From Octopus vulgaris (taxonomy: Eukaryota): a DNA stretch of 64,000 nucleotides. The notes under the pieces were generated by a model, which was given only the letters and a program-made list of their open reading frames with translations, was not told where the DNA came from and ran no database searches. Below, piece by piece: positions 12,845 through 26,577 of the stretch. The stretch covers positions 71,734,001-71,798,000 of the forward strand of contig OX597821.1 of assembly GCA_951406725.2 (NCBI GenBank), written 5' to 3'. Made by a program: the position numbers and the translations under genes. Within the stretch, counting starts at the first letter, position 1. Each line of letters begins with the position of its first letter.

Positions 12845-13020
12845 TTCTTTTACTTGTTGCTGTCATTTGACTGCGGCCATGCAGGAGCACCGTTTTAGTC
12901 GAACAAATCGACCCCAAGACTTATACTTTGTAAGACTAGATCGAAACTACGCTCTGCTAAGTTTTTTGTTATATTAAAGGTGGTGCTCCAGCATGGCCAC
13001 AGTCAAATGACTGAAACAAG

Positions 13021-13098
<78 letters not shown>

Positions 13099-13245
13099 GA
13101 CGGGCTTCTTTCAGTTTCCGTCTACCAAATCCACTCACAAGGCTTTGGTCGGCCCGAGGCTATAGCCGAAGACACTTGCCTAAGGTGCCATGCAATGAGA
13201 CTGTCCCGGAACCATGTGGTTGGGAAGCAAGCTTCTTATCACACG
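12845..13245. mobile_element. SINE family A pieces: 3' end (-) 12845-12935, 3' end (+) 12979-13022, 5' half (-) 13097-13245
   Basis: Matches to 4132-4550 in both orientations. Confidence 0.8.
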
Positions 13246-14199
13246 TGTCTCTCTGCTTAATTAATCCTTATATATTAATATTTTGTCACTTAAATAAATT
13301 CTGTACCAAAGTGGATTCTGCCAAAGCATTAAAATAAAAGGGATTTTTCGTTAATAATTTCTACAAACAATCACCATATGTACGTGTTTGTGTGTAGACA
13401 TAAGGATTTATATTTACGGATATATATAGAGAGAGACACAGAGAGAGAGGGGGAGGGAGAGAGAGAGAGACTCACACATACATACATACATACGTTGTAA
13501 TTGAGTGGAACATACTGCCAAGAAAACACTGGTTGTACTGATTGCATTTCATTTTAATGAGATAATTATCTAATTGATTAAATAAATAATTTATTCATTA
13601 ATGTGTCTATCAAGTTCCATTCGTCATAACAGCCTCCTGTGCTTTCATTTGTGGTGACGATGTACCCAGCCCTCTTTGTTCTCTGTCAGATTCTTTCATG
13701 CTCTGCCAGATTCGAGAAACGTGCGCCGAGTGCTGAGTGAGTGTTAACCCCGAAGAATTGCACTTGGTCCCACGTTGTCATCAATAAAGTCACTTGAACA
13801 ATAATGTTATTTATTTAAAAATCAAATAACTAATCAAACAATAAACTGCTTATAATGCATAAACTAAATAAAAAACCAATGGATATTTTGCAAGGAAACG
13901 TGGTTGGTGGCGAAGTTCAATAATATCTGTTTCAACACCTCGTTAGGAACCAAATGTCTTGCAAAAGAAATACTAAAGCGAACCTGATACATATTTGCAT
14001 GCATACATGTACACATACATATATGTGTGTATATGTATATATACCTATATGTAGGATTTCACATCAATAACAATAATATATATATATATATATTATACAT
14101 ATATGTATATATATATATATATATATGTATATGTATATATATATACATACATGCATATACATATATATATATATACATGCATATATATTTATATATATA

Positions 14200-14232
<33 letters not shown>

Positions 14233-14261
14233 GTATGTATATGTATGTATATATATATATA

Positions 14262-14293
<32 letters not shown>

Positions 14294-15366
14294 CAAACAC
14301 ATATGTATGTATATATATATATACGTATATATGGATACGCAGATATACGCACACATTACTTTCTAAAGTACGAGACTTTAATTCCGACGTGTCCTAGATA
14401 TCATTCTGTATGTTATCTTTTATATTTCCTTTTTTAATGTTTGAAGACAATTTAAATATAAACTTCCTTAACTTCATATTTACTTCATATTACATCTCGT
14501 GATACACCGGCATATCCGTATCACGTAATTTGTCGTTAGGATAAGCACCAACCGAAAAGAAACGGTTGAGATGTGAGAGTATGGTTTTACAATTCGTGGA
14601 GATTTTTGTCTTTTTTACGAGCCAATTAAAAAGGTAAAAAAGAACCTAAAAAACATGGGAGTCAATATAACTCCTCTCACAGTACGGTCCTTATTCAAGC
14701 ATCTGATATGACGGCATCGTGTGACATTATAACGTCAACAATCAAACCTATAATTATCGGGAAACTAGAATTTGGGTTCCGAAAAAGTAGCAAATATCTC
14801 ATTATGAAATAAGATATGAAATATAGCAAATACAAACTATATCAAAGGAAAACTGTATCATATTTTCATTAAAATAATAAGAATACTCAATTGAATATAT
14901 AATCTAATTCCCTGTAGTGACGGGCAAAGCACGACTTTACGCTTTCTAAATAGAGCATTTTTGTGCAGATACACTAAAACCAAAGTGAAATACAGTTCAA
15001 ATGAAAATAAAGAATTGGCGGCTCAATGCTGTGTGATTGATGCGAACGCGACTTAAACAGGACATTCTTTGCCCACAACGCATATCATAATAACAAGAAC
15101 TTAATGAAATAAGACAACTCATGCAGAAGATAGTTTTACAAAACTACCACCAAACATAAAATGCAATCAACCATCCGATACAGAGTACATAAGCAATACC
15201 CGTTATTCCAACAGCAATTCACATTCTACACAATTGCCACCCGTTATCTCAGAGCACACAGTGCAGTATTCTCTCTTTCCAATTGCCGTCCGACACTAAA
15301 TACATTACAATAATTACACGATACATGCAAAACACGAACACCACCCAACAAAGACAAATCACGTTG

Positions 15367-15433
<67 letters not shown>

Positions 15434-15959
15434 TTATACAGTAAACATAAACATAACGCTAACACAACACCCGAAACAAGGCTGATAACAAACGAAAACT
15501 GATGTTATATACAAATATAACTCTACATCCCGAAAATACTCAGCTGCACATATTACAGAAGGGTCATTTGGTCGAGTAGAAAACTTTTGAAAGCAATATG
15601 AATTGAAAAAGTGGACTTACAGAGTAGAGAGCACCAGTTAGGTGGGTTCAAAACTTTCCAAAACCCCTACACCAGAATTCCATTCATTTCCCTTTTATTT
15701 TCGCAGCTTGTTTCATCAAATTTACTTTTTAAGAACAATAGCACCTTTCTTTCGCCCTTCTCCTTCTGCTTTTGCTTGAACATTAAGTGAAACTGGTGAG
15801 GGCTGGATCGCAGAGCTGGAGTCCTGTTATGGTCACTTCAAAAACATATACCGTAAACCACTTAAGCGCTTACCACCAGACAAGAAAACTGCCTCTCCTT
15901 GTTAAAGGAGAGGCAGTAGAAAAATCTTTACAAGGGATTCAGCTGATATTCAGCTCCGT

Positions 15960-16230
15960 TCTGCTGACATTTGACAACAATGCTCAGAAACTCAAGGAAT
16001 TTGGGAAAACGTTTGCATGGCTCTCTGCTTTTCTTGGACCCGACTAACGACATTTCCATGCCGGCATCGTTTATCCCCACCGAAAACGGTTCCGGCAGCA
16101 CTGCCAGTCATGGATTTTTAAAGTTCCACAGTCTATCCATAAGCTGAAAGTCCTACAGAATAACCTGTTTGGTTGGTCTTCATCGACGCCTGGAGTCTGC
16201 CAGAGATTCTGTTTAACTACCGCTACTATC
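15960..16230 (+). pseudogene. possible highly decayed LINE ORF2 (pre-RT region)
   Basis: Weak peptides DNNAQKLKEFGKTF, HKAESP-like, AWSLPEILFNY across frames. Confidence 0.25.
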
Positions 16231-16409
16231 CCAGAATACCACTCGTCTCGTTGTCAAATAGGCTTAACCACTTCTTATCTTCACGACTTCCGATAAACAT
16301 TTCTTTCTCTTTGACTTTTTCTGTCCGTCTCTCTCTCTCTCTCTCTCTCTCTCTTACGATTTCTCACTCAAAATATACGCATTTTTATAAAATGTACTCT
16401 CTTCCAGTT

Positions 16410-16605
16410 TATTGTTGCTTGACCCGAGGTCAACACAAATCAAATAAATGTACAGTCGAGGACAATCCTGCTGACCAGGCATAGTTTATCTTGGACTTCA
16501 TTATCCAATGTGTTACTCCTTATCTTTTTAAAGCTGAGATTTGAAGTAGGTTTGGCTACTATTTCTAGTGATCAGAGCAACACATAAAAGCTCACTCGTT
16601 AGCTA
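16410..16605 (+). repeat. old unclassified interspersed repeat (family D)
   Basis: Motif tttggctactatttctag recurs near 49058, 50884, 56300-56510 and on the minus strand at 59480-59525. Confidence 0.45.
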
Positions 16606-17563
16606 GTCTGCAGAAAATCTAATGAGTGGTGTGATTCTACTACTATTTACATTTAAATATAGTGGTGCTCAAGCATGGGCTATATGATAGAAATCCATTT
16701 CTGAAGCGACGTTGTGTGAGGGTCGATGTGTTTAATTCCTGTTCCATGTTATGTTTTCGGTAATGGTAGTAGATACATGACGAAGTCGGTCAACCAGAAT
16801 AATTCCATATTAATTGAATTCCTGCCAAATTCTTAATGGAAACTATAAATTATTCTTATATATTTAATTAATTTATTTTATACTTTTACTTAACTATTTA
16901 TTTATAATGACCAAATGAGCTTCATTGCAATAACTAAATTCTAATTAACACTTTGACAAAATGACAAGCTATTAAGAGAACGACTCTTTTTATTTTGGAA
17001 ATTTGAAAGACATGACCGAAGCCAAAGGCGTTTGCCTCGATTCTTCCATTCTCCACGGACCACACAATATTCAGCAAAGATAGACAATAACCGGTTTCTT
17101 ATTTACAGAAAATCAAACCGTTTACGTTTCTTTGAATTATAATTTCACGCTGAATTATCAAATATATGGTGAATGTTATTTTATAATAATTTAGAACATT
17201 TCAGTCAAATATAAATATGTAAATGAAATGGTAGAAAAACTATTTTTAACTTGTATTAATATAATCGTTTTTAAGATCAGATAACTTTGTCGGGACAATA
17301 AAATAAACTGTGCCTGCGGTGATTGCTTTCGCTACAACACATGGATGTCTGCGGGAGTTTATTTTGATATGCAACATACTCACATACACACACACATACA
17401 CACACATACACACACGCATGCACACACACTTGTAGCGATAAGAATTTGAAATATACTTCAATTGTGGGGCAAACTTTATATTGATTATATTCCTGTGAGT
17501 ATCTAAAAAACTAAAGTCTTGAGAAAAGAGGCGCCTTCTATGCTTGTGTACGTCTACTTCAGC

Positions 17564-17637
<74 letters not shown>

Positions 17638-17639
<2 letters not shown>

Positions 17640-17809
17640 AAATGGGACAAGAACGCAAAACATCCAGACAGTTAAGTGATACAAGAAAGGGACAACAAAA
17701 CATCCAGATAGACAAAACAAAGAAAACGAGGACGGATCATTCGGAGTTTTCTTTCCTCAGTCGAGTTCCAGATTATCTTTGCAATTTCTGCTGATTATAC
17801 TCGAGATTG

Positions 17810-17812
<3 letters not shown>
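17638..17812 (-). mobile_element. Penelope-like terminal fragment between (AG)n and (AT)n
   Basis: Short internal duplication gggacaa...caaaacatccaga; minus-strand CTGAGGA-aag-aaaa-ctc-CGAAT-GATC-CGTC is a decayed hammerhead-like core. Confidence 0.35.
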
Positions 17813-17872
<60 letters not shown>

Positions 17873-17942
17873 ATGTATATATATATGTTCCTTTTCATCC
17901 TTATACATATATATGTATATATATGCACACACACACACATAT

Positions 17943-17973
<31 letters not shown>

Positions 17974-18060
17974 AAATAATAATAAATATTAGGGAATAAA
18001 TCCAAAATTACAGGGAAAAAAATCAGATTTAGGATTAAATCCAATTTTATAGTAAAATAT

Positions 18061-18262
18061 TATATAATATTAATTCGAGACAAAACCACTATTTTGCAAA
18101 TCAAACAAGGAAAGACTTAATCAATACATAAAAAAAATTTAATATAAAGTAAATAAATAAATAAATAAATTTACTTTATTTACTTTATATTAAAATTTTT
18201 TATGTATTGATTAAGTCTTTCCTGTTTGTTTGCAAAATAGTGGTTTTGTCTCGAATTAATAT

Positions 18263-18270
<8 letters not shown>
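18061..18270. repeat. long inverted repeat, about 95-bp arms
   Basis: ttaattcgagacaaaaccactattttgcaaa... versus ...tttgcaaaatagtggttttgtctcgaattaa. Confidence 0.9.
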
Positions 18271-18293
<23 letters not shown>

Positions 18294-19602
18294 GTTAGTA
18301 TATTAAGTGTATGATTAATTTATGGAATGAAGTTCTACAAATCCAATCATATTTGTCAAAAATAGAGGAGATAAGATGTTAAAAAGTTGTAAGAATTTTA
18401 TTCATGCATACAATCGTTTCGTACATAGATATAAATTTCCTTTTAGAATTTTCAAATATCATAGCACTCATCAGTGCGACGAAAAAATAATAGGAACTTT
18501 AAAAAAGTGCAGAGAAGTTAGATCTATGAGTTTCATGTTTATCTGCTCCGATCTATGTGTGATAGTGATAATAATGTAATAATTATATTAGCCAACTGGT
18601 GGGAGATCTAGTGATAAACCATCATCGAGATAATCCTCGTTGGTCACGCCTGAGAATCTAGCACGAATGTATAATGATGGTTGCTTTTGATAGGATCCTG
18701 TGGAAGCGGTGCCTGAGGACAATATTCCAGCGACCCACCAAACAATTGTGGGAGGAGTAAATGGATCGAAGTCTAATAATGTTTTCTTTGTTTTTACTAT
18801 TCTTAATCCTTCTTTATTGGTTTAGTGTTTTGTCTTTGATATTCACAAAACCCTTTTCTATGCGACATCTTAAAGACTTTAATTTTATTTCAGACTAGTT
18901 TTCATTCGTGTCTATACGTCAGATTCTTATAGTAGAGTGGCTCATACATAATATTTTAATAATCTCTGGTTTTGGTATTAATGTTTCTCAGTACTAGTTT
19001 TATATTTTTAAAGACAGCATTCTTTTTCTTTTTTTCTCCTTTTAGTTGTATCAAACTTTTCTTTTTCTCCTCATATTTCCTCTTATCTGACTGTATATAT
19101 CCCAATCATATTTGTTCAAATGACTTGCTTTCAATCGGAATATTATTTTCAGCTATATATTTTAGGATGAGAATCACTGATTGGAGTCTTCTATACTTTA
19201 CACGTTTCTTCCACACTGAAAGAAAGCGCAGCTTTAAACAAATCGAGTGAAAGCAGCGGAAAATGGTAAGATTATAACAAAAAACAGCGAAAAAAACAAA
19301 TGAAGATTTTATTTTGTTGGTATTATTTATTCTTCATTATATGTGTTTCATTTTCTTCAAGGAATTACAAAGATTTACATGTGAGATAGACATATAAGGA
19401 ATTTACAATGAGAAAATTTTCAAACAGAAAAATATTTTATAATTCATCATAAAAATTTTCAATGAATATTTTCTAGTAGGAAATTCATTACATTACTACA
19501 CAACGTGTAAATATTTATAATTCCTATTAGCAAATGAAACATGTGTAATGCAAAATAAATAATAACAGAGAATTCCGTTTTCCTGTTTTGTTTTATTTTT
19601 GT

Positions 19603-19637
<35 letters not shown>

Positions 19638-19640
<3 letters not shown>

Positions 19641-19800
19641 CGGGCTTCAAGAGAGTTTCCGTATTCCAAATCCACTCACAATGCTTTGGTCAGCGTGGGA
19701 CTATAATGGAAGACACTAACGAAGATGTTTCTTAGTGGGACAAGATAGAACCCGAAACGACATGGTTGCAAGGGAGCTTCTTAACCGTACAGCCATCCGT
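19638..19800 (-). mobile_element. SINE family A, 5' half, decayed
   Basis: acgggcttc...ccaaatccactcacaatgctttggtc...catggttgcaagggagcttcttaacc. Confidence 0.75.
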
Positions 19801-19999
19801 GGGAGAAATATATTCAAGACAGCATCATTGCTACTGGTGGCTGTTATGAATATGAAAGGAATTCCGAGCGCAATAATAAACTGTAGATTCAGTTGGTGTC
19901 GAAACATGTTATTATTGTACTCAATGCGATATCGATACGATTTGATTAATACGAAGTTAGCTTGGAGAAAAACAAAACATAAAATACGCACATTAATCA

Positions 20000-20084
<85 letters not shown>

Positions 20085-20496
20085 TGTGAAGCAGTAAGTC
20101 GCAGTCTATGTTTATTCAATTCAGCTGGGACGTTTTATTGTTTTTGCTTGACTACATTATTTTTTCTTTACCTCTCCACAACGAAATTCACTGAAAAAAC
20201 ATTTGTGTCCAGCCAGAAATTTGAAACTAGAGATAGTGGCTACTCTTGTTTTCCCGTTGTCGTTCAAGACATACAAAAATAACTACGCACACATACGGAC
20301 ACCAAAAATACACACACACACACACACACACAGGGATTTGCAAGAATGCATGTAGTATATACACACACAGAAACGAAAACACGTACATATACACATGTGT
20401 TTATATAAGTGTATATGTATATATACATATATATATATGCACCTGTAAGTATGTGTATATATTTATAAATATATATATATACATATACATATATAT

Positions 20497-20591
<95 letters not shown>

Positions 20592-20794
20592 TATACACAC
20601 ATATATATAAATATATACATATATATCTGCTTATGTATATCAATATATGAATAATATGTGTATATTTTTTTATTCGCTTCTTTCCAGTCTCCTGCGAACA
20701 CAAGATCTTTACAGCTCCAGCTACCGTATACAAACAACATTTGCATTGTACTTATCAATCCCTCAACGCGGATTAAATAGTAGCTGGACTTGGT

Positions 20795-20826
20795 TATTAT
20801 TATTATTGTTGTTGTTGTTGTTATTG

Positions 20827-20897
<71 letters not shown>
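20795..20897. repeat. (ATT)n/(GTT)n microsatellite
   Basis: Direct reading. Confidence 0.95.
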
Positions 20898-21227
20898 TTC
20901 CGACTGTATATCGTGTTTAGTGTTCGTAACAAGACAGAAACAATAACAGCATCTTTTGTTTCTTGTTTTATTAGCTTTCCAATTTTTATCAACTCCCAAG
21001 TGGAAACTGTTGTTACGAAAAGAAAGATTTCCAGAAACAAGAGGCACAAGGGGAGAAAATGTCGGTGGGGGGGAACGAGGATGAAGGAGGAAAGGAAAAT
21101 TTCAGTACAAAAACAATTCAAAAATATAGTGTGTGAGTGTGTGTTTGTGTGTGTGTGTGTGTCTGCGTGCGTGTGTACATTCATGTATCAACATATATGT
21201 ACACAGACACACACGTATAGGTATGAG

Positions 21228-21271
<44 letters not shown>

Positions 21272-21297
21272 TAGATAGATAGATATATGCATATATA

Positions 21298-21415
<118 letters not shown>

Positions 21416-21489
21416 TGTATGTATATATGTAAATACAAAAATTGTGCAGAACTTTTTTATTAAGTGTCATCAGTCGTTGCAATTGCATT

Positions 21490-22075
21490 TGCTGGTAGAG
21501 AAGAAATTCTTCGTCTGCAGAAAGGTACGACCCGCCATCGTCCTAAGACGTGCCTTTGCGCAATCCTTGGACCCAACTCTCGAATCCTCTTCGAAAATAT
21601 TCATGGTTGAATCGTAGTATCCACTTCTTAACAACCACTTTCACTTTTTGTATGTCATCAAATTGTTAATCTCGAAGATAAACCTTTTTTGGACCAAAGT
21701 CGGTGTCAGATACGGCTTGTAGGGATTGTGAACCAATGACTAGTCTAACTTGTTGATTGTCGGATTTGCTACGAAAAATCTAGGCCGTCGTGGATTATCA
21801 TGGTGAATGTGGGGGGGAGCTGTTTACAAGTTCTTGTTTTTTCTTTCCCCACCAATGGCTTCTCAAAGCTTTTCTGTTTATCAATGTACCGTTCGCTATT
21901 CAGGGCAGAATAACGTACTGGAAAATCTATGAGTAGGATGTCCTTGTCATACGCCAGAAAAGAAAAATACCCTGACTTTCTGCGCTGATCGTTGACTGTT
22001 AAAGTTATTAGGCCTTGAAGAAGAGTTCTATCCCGTGGGTTGACTCTTCATTTCTAAATCATAAAGAAACGGGCG
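21490..22075 (-). pseudogene. mariner transposase relic
   Basis: Minus-strand fragments YDLEMKSQ, SQRSAQKV, DILLIDF, HHDNPR, PYKPYLTP (YSPDLAP-like), QFDDIQKVKVVVKKWI...YFRRGFESWVQ. Confidence 0.75.
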
Positions 22076-24762
22076 CAGTTCCCTTGCCTGGTGTATGCAC
22101 AATCAACATAGAATCATATTGGACCCGAATTAAACGGAGACTGGATTAGATATGTGGTTCTAGTGGAGATGTGCGCTGGTCGCATGTGGATGAGGCCATC
22201 TACAGGGATTATTATGGCTTGAAATGTGGCGATGTATGGGAGAACTATAAGACACACAGCCGGAATTTATCCGCCATAATTTAAAGGTATGTTACAAATA
22301 ATTTATTTTTGAAACATAATTCTCTGTTAGTAAATGTGTTTCGCGCAACGATTTAAAGGTATGATGGAGACAATTTATTTTAATAACAATTTTCCGCCAG
22401 TAAATGATTTCTCTTAGACAAACACGCACGTAGGCTGTGTGCATGCGCGAGTGTTTAAAACTTTTTCAGTTTTGATTTCGAAATATTAAAAAAAATTATT
22501 TGGTAATTATAAAGAGAAACGAATGGTGAAATCGGTCTGACCATATTTTAAAACCAAGATTTTTTTTAAAAATCGAAAAACTGTGGAAAGTTTGGGAATT
22601 ATGAGGAAGGGTGAAGGAATATTTAAAAAAATTCTTCTGTTGAACAATCGGATTGATTCCATTATACAGAAGGCAGCATCCCTCCCCCCCAAAAAAAAAG
22701 AATTGTGAAAATTCGTAAAAATTCGTTAAAAAGTCATGAGGAGTTTTAGTACGTGCTTCGATCCGAACTCCGCCAACAAACGCTCATTTCATCCCCCGTC
22801 GCCCAATCAAAGAGGAAAAAATGTGTCTTCACAGTTTTAAAAGGCTTCTACCCTTCACTCCTTCAAATGAGGTATCATTAGCAGAGTACCCACTTCTCAT
22901 ACATTTCCAAATCCTCCACGTTCTTCCCTAATCCATGACTACCCACGTCCAGTTGCACAGCAAACTGACGAGATCTGATTGGTTTGTCTGTATGAATCAA
23001 TTCATTCACTCACTGATAAACTGTCCGTCACTGCGGGTTTTGCTTTAAATGCTGGTTTCCCTCTCTTTAAACTTCTTCCTCGATCTGTCCGCATGACATT
23101 TGTCAATGATGCCATCTTTATAAATAATCTGTAGTCTTCTATGGAAGCAGACGGAAGTATTTTGAAACCAAAACTCTGAACAAAAGCTACGGATACTGCG
23201 ATGTTATAGTGACATTATAGGGGGAAACAAATCATACTTTTTGCACTAAACGAATGATTGTTAAATTAACTTCACACACAAACACAAACGCGTGTGTATA
23301 CGTACACATATGCATACATACATCCATATATATATTAAACATGCACACATACATATGTGTGAATATGCAATATGCGGTCTCCCATTCTGAGTTCCATTGG
23401 GATGAACTCTGACCTTGACGTTCTTCCTTTAATAAATACCAGCAAAATACCGAACCATTATATAGAAAAAGGTACATAGAGAGAGAAGATACGTGCTGGC
23501 TGTATGACTGTATCATTGGACCGTTTAATAACGTTTATTTGGTTCAAACAATACATCTCATGGCATAATTAAACCGAATTTATCTTCTTAGACAACCTGC
23601 CGAGTAAATAAAAGGGGACATCACTTTATTGAATACTTCCATACAAAATATGAATTCGTGCTTCAACCCCTGGTCTGTTATGAGTTATTTCCGGATTTAA
23701 TAATTCATTTAATTTAGTTATGAGCGCAGCTGTATAACTGAGAAGTGAAAGTAAAAACGAACATAAATGTCCAAAGTACCCAGAAATTAATTATCTGTCC
23801 CAACACTATTTGTCAGAGTGAAATCCTCTTAAATGAGAAAATGCATGGATGAACTTTCAACAAGGTGTGACAAATGATAGCAAAAAGGGCGTCAATCTCT
23901 TACGGTTCGGTCGCTTGGCCATCGTCGACAAAATCTTCCGAAATTCTTTCTGATATATCATAATCCTTTTTGCCCCACCTCCACTTAAATATAGTTTATA
24001 GATTTTATATGTCAGGGGCGGTGAAATTCTTAAGTACAAGTTTAAACTAAGATTCAACAAGTGTCAGTAAGGAAAAAAAACAAGGACGATGTCCTCTTAA
24101 TAAGTAGAAATCAACTTTTAAAGTGTCTGAGACACTTAAGTAGAGAATAAATCAATGTATGAGTGATATGAGTTTTCTATAACTATTAGATTTCTAGAAC
24201 TTAGTTTAACAATAAAGTATACAAAAGCTCACTGAAAGTAATTGATATAAAAAAAAATATCAGTCATTTTTAGAAAAATATATTAAGTTTAACCAAGCAA
24301 AATTTCAAATTATTAAAGGTTTCTTAAATTGTCTTTAAACGTTTATACTTGATGCCCTGTAAGCGAGGTAACATTCCAAACTAACCCGATTCTTATTTGA
24401 TATTTTCAAACTAAACAAAATTATTTTAAACGATTGGAATGGCAATAATTAGGAGGAATGAAAGAGTGCAGGACAAAATTCCTTCGAGTGTATAAATATC
24501 GTCTCCCAGTCCGAGTTCCATCGCAGCGAACCTTGATTTTGTCTTTCCGCCTTTAAGATCAATATAGTATATACCAGCAAAACCCTGGGGTCCATGCAAT
24601 AGGTATTAATCTATTACATACAAAAACGTGAACTCTTATACACCCCTTATACATGCAGCACAGATAATATATGGATAATAGACTGGCGAGTAATAAATCA
24701 CAAATCGGACCACTATGGAAATAATTTGAACATCAACAGCAATAACAAATCCAACAATAACT

Positions 24763-24882
<120 letters not shown>

Positions 24883-25141
24883 AGCAGTTGTGGTCGATGA
24901 GAAAGGTAGTAGTAGTACCAATAATTGTCGGAGTCCTAGGAACAGCGAGTAAAAATCTCGAGAAGTACGTGGAACAAATAGGGGCTGCAATAAGGGTGGA
25001 GCACTTGCAGAAAACAGCACTGCTTGAAACCGCTCGAATACTCCGGAAGGTGCTCGAAAAATAAGAGGTGTTACCTTAGTTCACTGGCAGTGAACAGCTG
25101 ACACCGAAGTACATCTCCAGCGTTAGAAGCTATGTAAAGAC
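24883..25141 (+). mobile_element. R4/Dong-like RLE non-LTR retrotransposon, 3' end
   Basis: QLWSMRKVVVVPIIVGVLGTASKNL...LQKTALLETARILRKVLEK* plus a short 3' UTR, flanked by (AAT)n on both sides. Confidence 0.85.
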
Positions 25142-25162
25142 AATAAATAATAATAATAATAA

Positions 25163-26255
25163 TTTTCCATCCTACACAACCCTAACCCTAACTTCCAGTA
25201 ATAGCGGTTCGGTGACATATTTTTACATACCATGCTCTAATGCTTAATGCTGTGTTCGAATCCAGTCAGTAGTCTTCCCCCTCTTTTTTCTTGGTATATA
25301 CAGTCTGTCTGTGTCAGCTTTTGGGTGGAGTATCCACTATCAAGTCGGCAACTTCCTTATCTTTCTGTCTAAGCTATTTAGTTCGTCTACTGTCCATGCA
25401 ATTACACCTGCTCCATATCTAAAGAGTGAAACCGACCAGGTGTTGATAGCTTCAATTTTATTCCGTCCATTTAATTCCGACTTAAGGATCAGTCTCAGTC
25501 TGTGCAATTACTCCACCTTAAATTTTGCTGTCATTTCTTTCCCCATCAGTTTATCCATTTCCCATATCCCCAAGTACCTATAGCCAGTCTCTTCTATCTG
25601 CTTCATATCCCCCCCCCCCCGACGTTATCGTTAGCCCGTCAATACATTGCTTCTCTTCAAGACTAACACACCACCCTTTCTCAGTCCAAAATCCATTCTG
25701 ATATCAGCACTGAAAATACCCACCGTATCAACGAGGGAACTGACTTGGGATTCATTTTTACCATAAAGTTTGAGGTCATCCATGAATAACAAATGGTTGA
25801 CTTTTTGTTGGAGGCTTTTGAATACATACCCAGCATTTGCTTTCCTCAGAATCAGTGTCAGTGGTATCATGCACAGTACAAAGATCAGTGGGGACAGGCT
25901 GTCCCCTTGGAAGTTGCATATCCTGATTTCAATCGACCCTAAACTTCTTCCACATGCTGTCAGTTCCGTCCTCTACTTCGCCATACTTTTTCCTAGCAAT
26001 CGCTCAACATTCGATGCAATACCAAATAGGTTCATACATTCCATAATCCTAGAATGTGGGATCATATTGTATGCCTTACGATAATCGATCCATGACATGG
26101 CTAAGTTACCTCGCCCCCCTTGCAGTCTCTAATTACAGTTTTGTCTACCAGGAGTTGATCCTTGGTACCTCTGCACTTACGCTTGAACTCATTCTGCTCA
26201 TGTGGCGTGAACTCCTTCTGCTCCAGATATCAATACATTGACTCTGCGACTATTC
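25163..26255 (-). pseudogene. R4/Dong-like reverse transcriptase fragment
   Basis: WIDYRKAYNMIPH, FQGDSLSPLIFVLCMIPL, NHLLFMDDLKLY, YRYLGI, NKIEAINTW, LHPKADTDRLYIPRK; frameshifts present. Confidence 0.9.
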
Positions 26256-26276
26256 CAGTCAATAATTAATAATAAT

Positions 26277-26507
26277 AGTGGCCGATGAAAAAGGTAGCCG
26301 TAGTAGCAATAATTGTCGGAGCCCAGGGAACAGAGAGCAACAATCTCGTGAAGAACATGGAACAAATAGGAGCTGCAATAAGGGTGGAGCACTTGCAGAA
26401 AACCTCTCGAATACACTGGATGGTGCTCGAAAAATAAGAGGCGTTACCTTAGTTCACTGGTCGTGAACAGTTGGCACCGTAGTACATCTCCAGCGTTGTG
26501 CAAAGGC
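26277..26507 (+). mobile_element. second R4/Dong-like 3' end
   Basis: Diverged copy of 24883-25141 followed by (AAT)n. Confidence 0.85.

Positions 26508-26574
<67 letters not shown>

Positions 26575-26577
<3 letters not shown>

Noticed and set aside
20264-21184. 306-aa ORF, and the many YI/CV/TH/poly-L/N/E ORFs
   Set aside because: Translations of stop-free microsatellites; not proteins.
25178-25192. Telomere-like aaccctaaccctaac
   Set aside because: Only about two units, inside the RT fragment.
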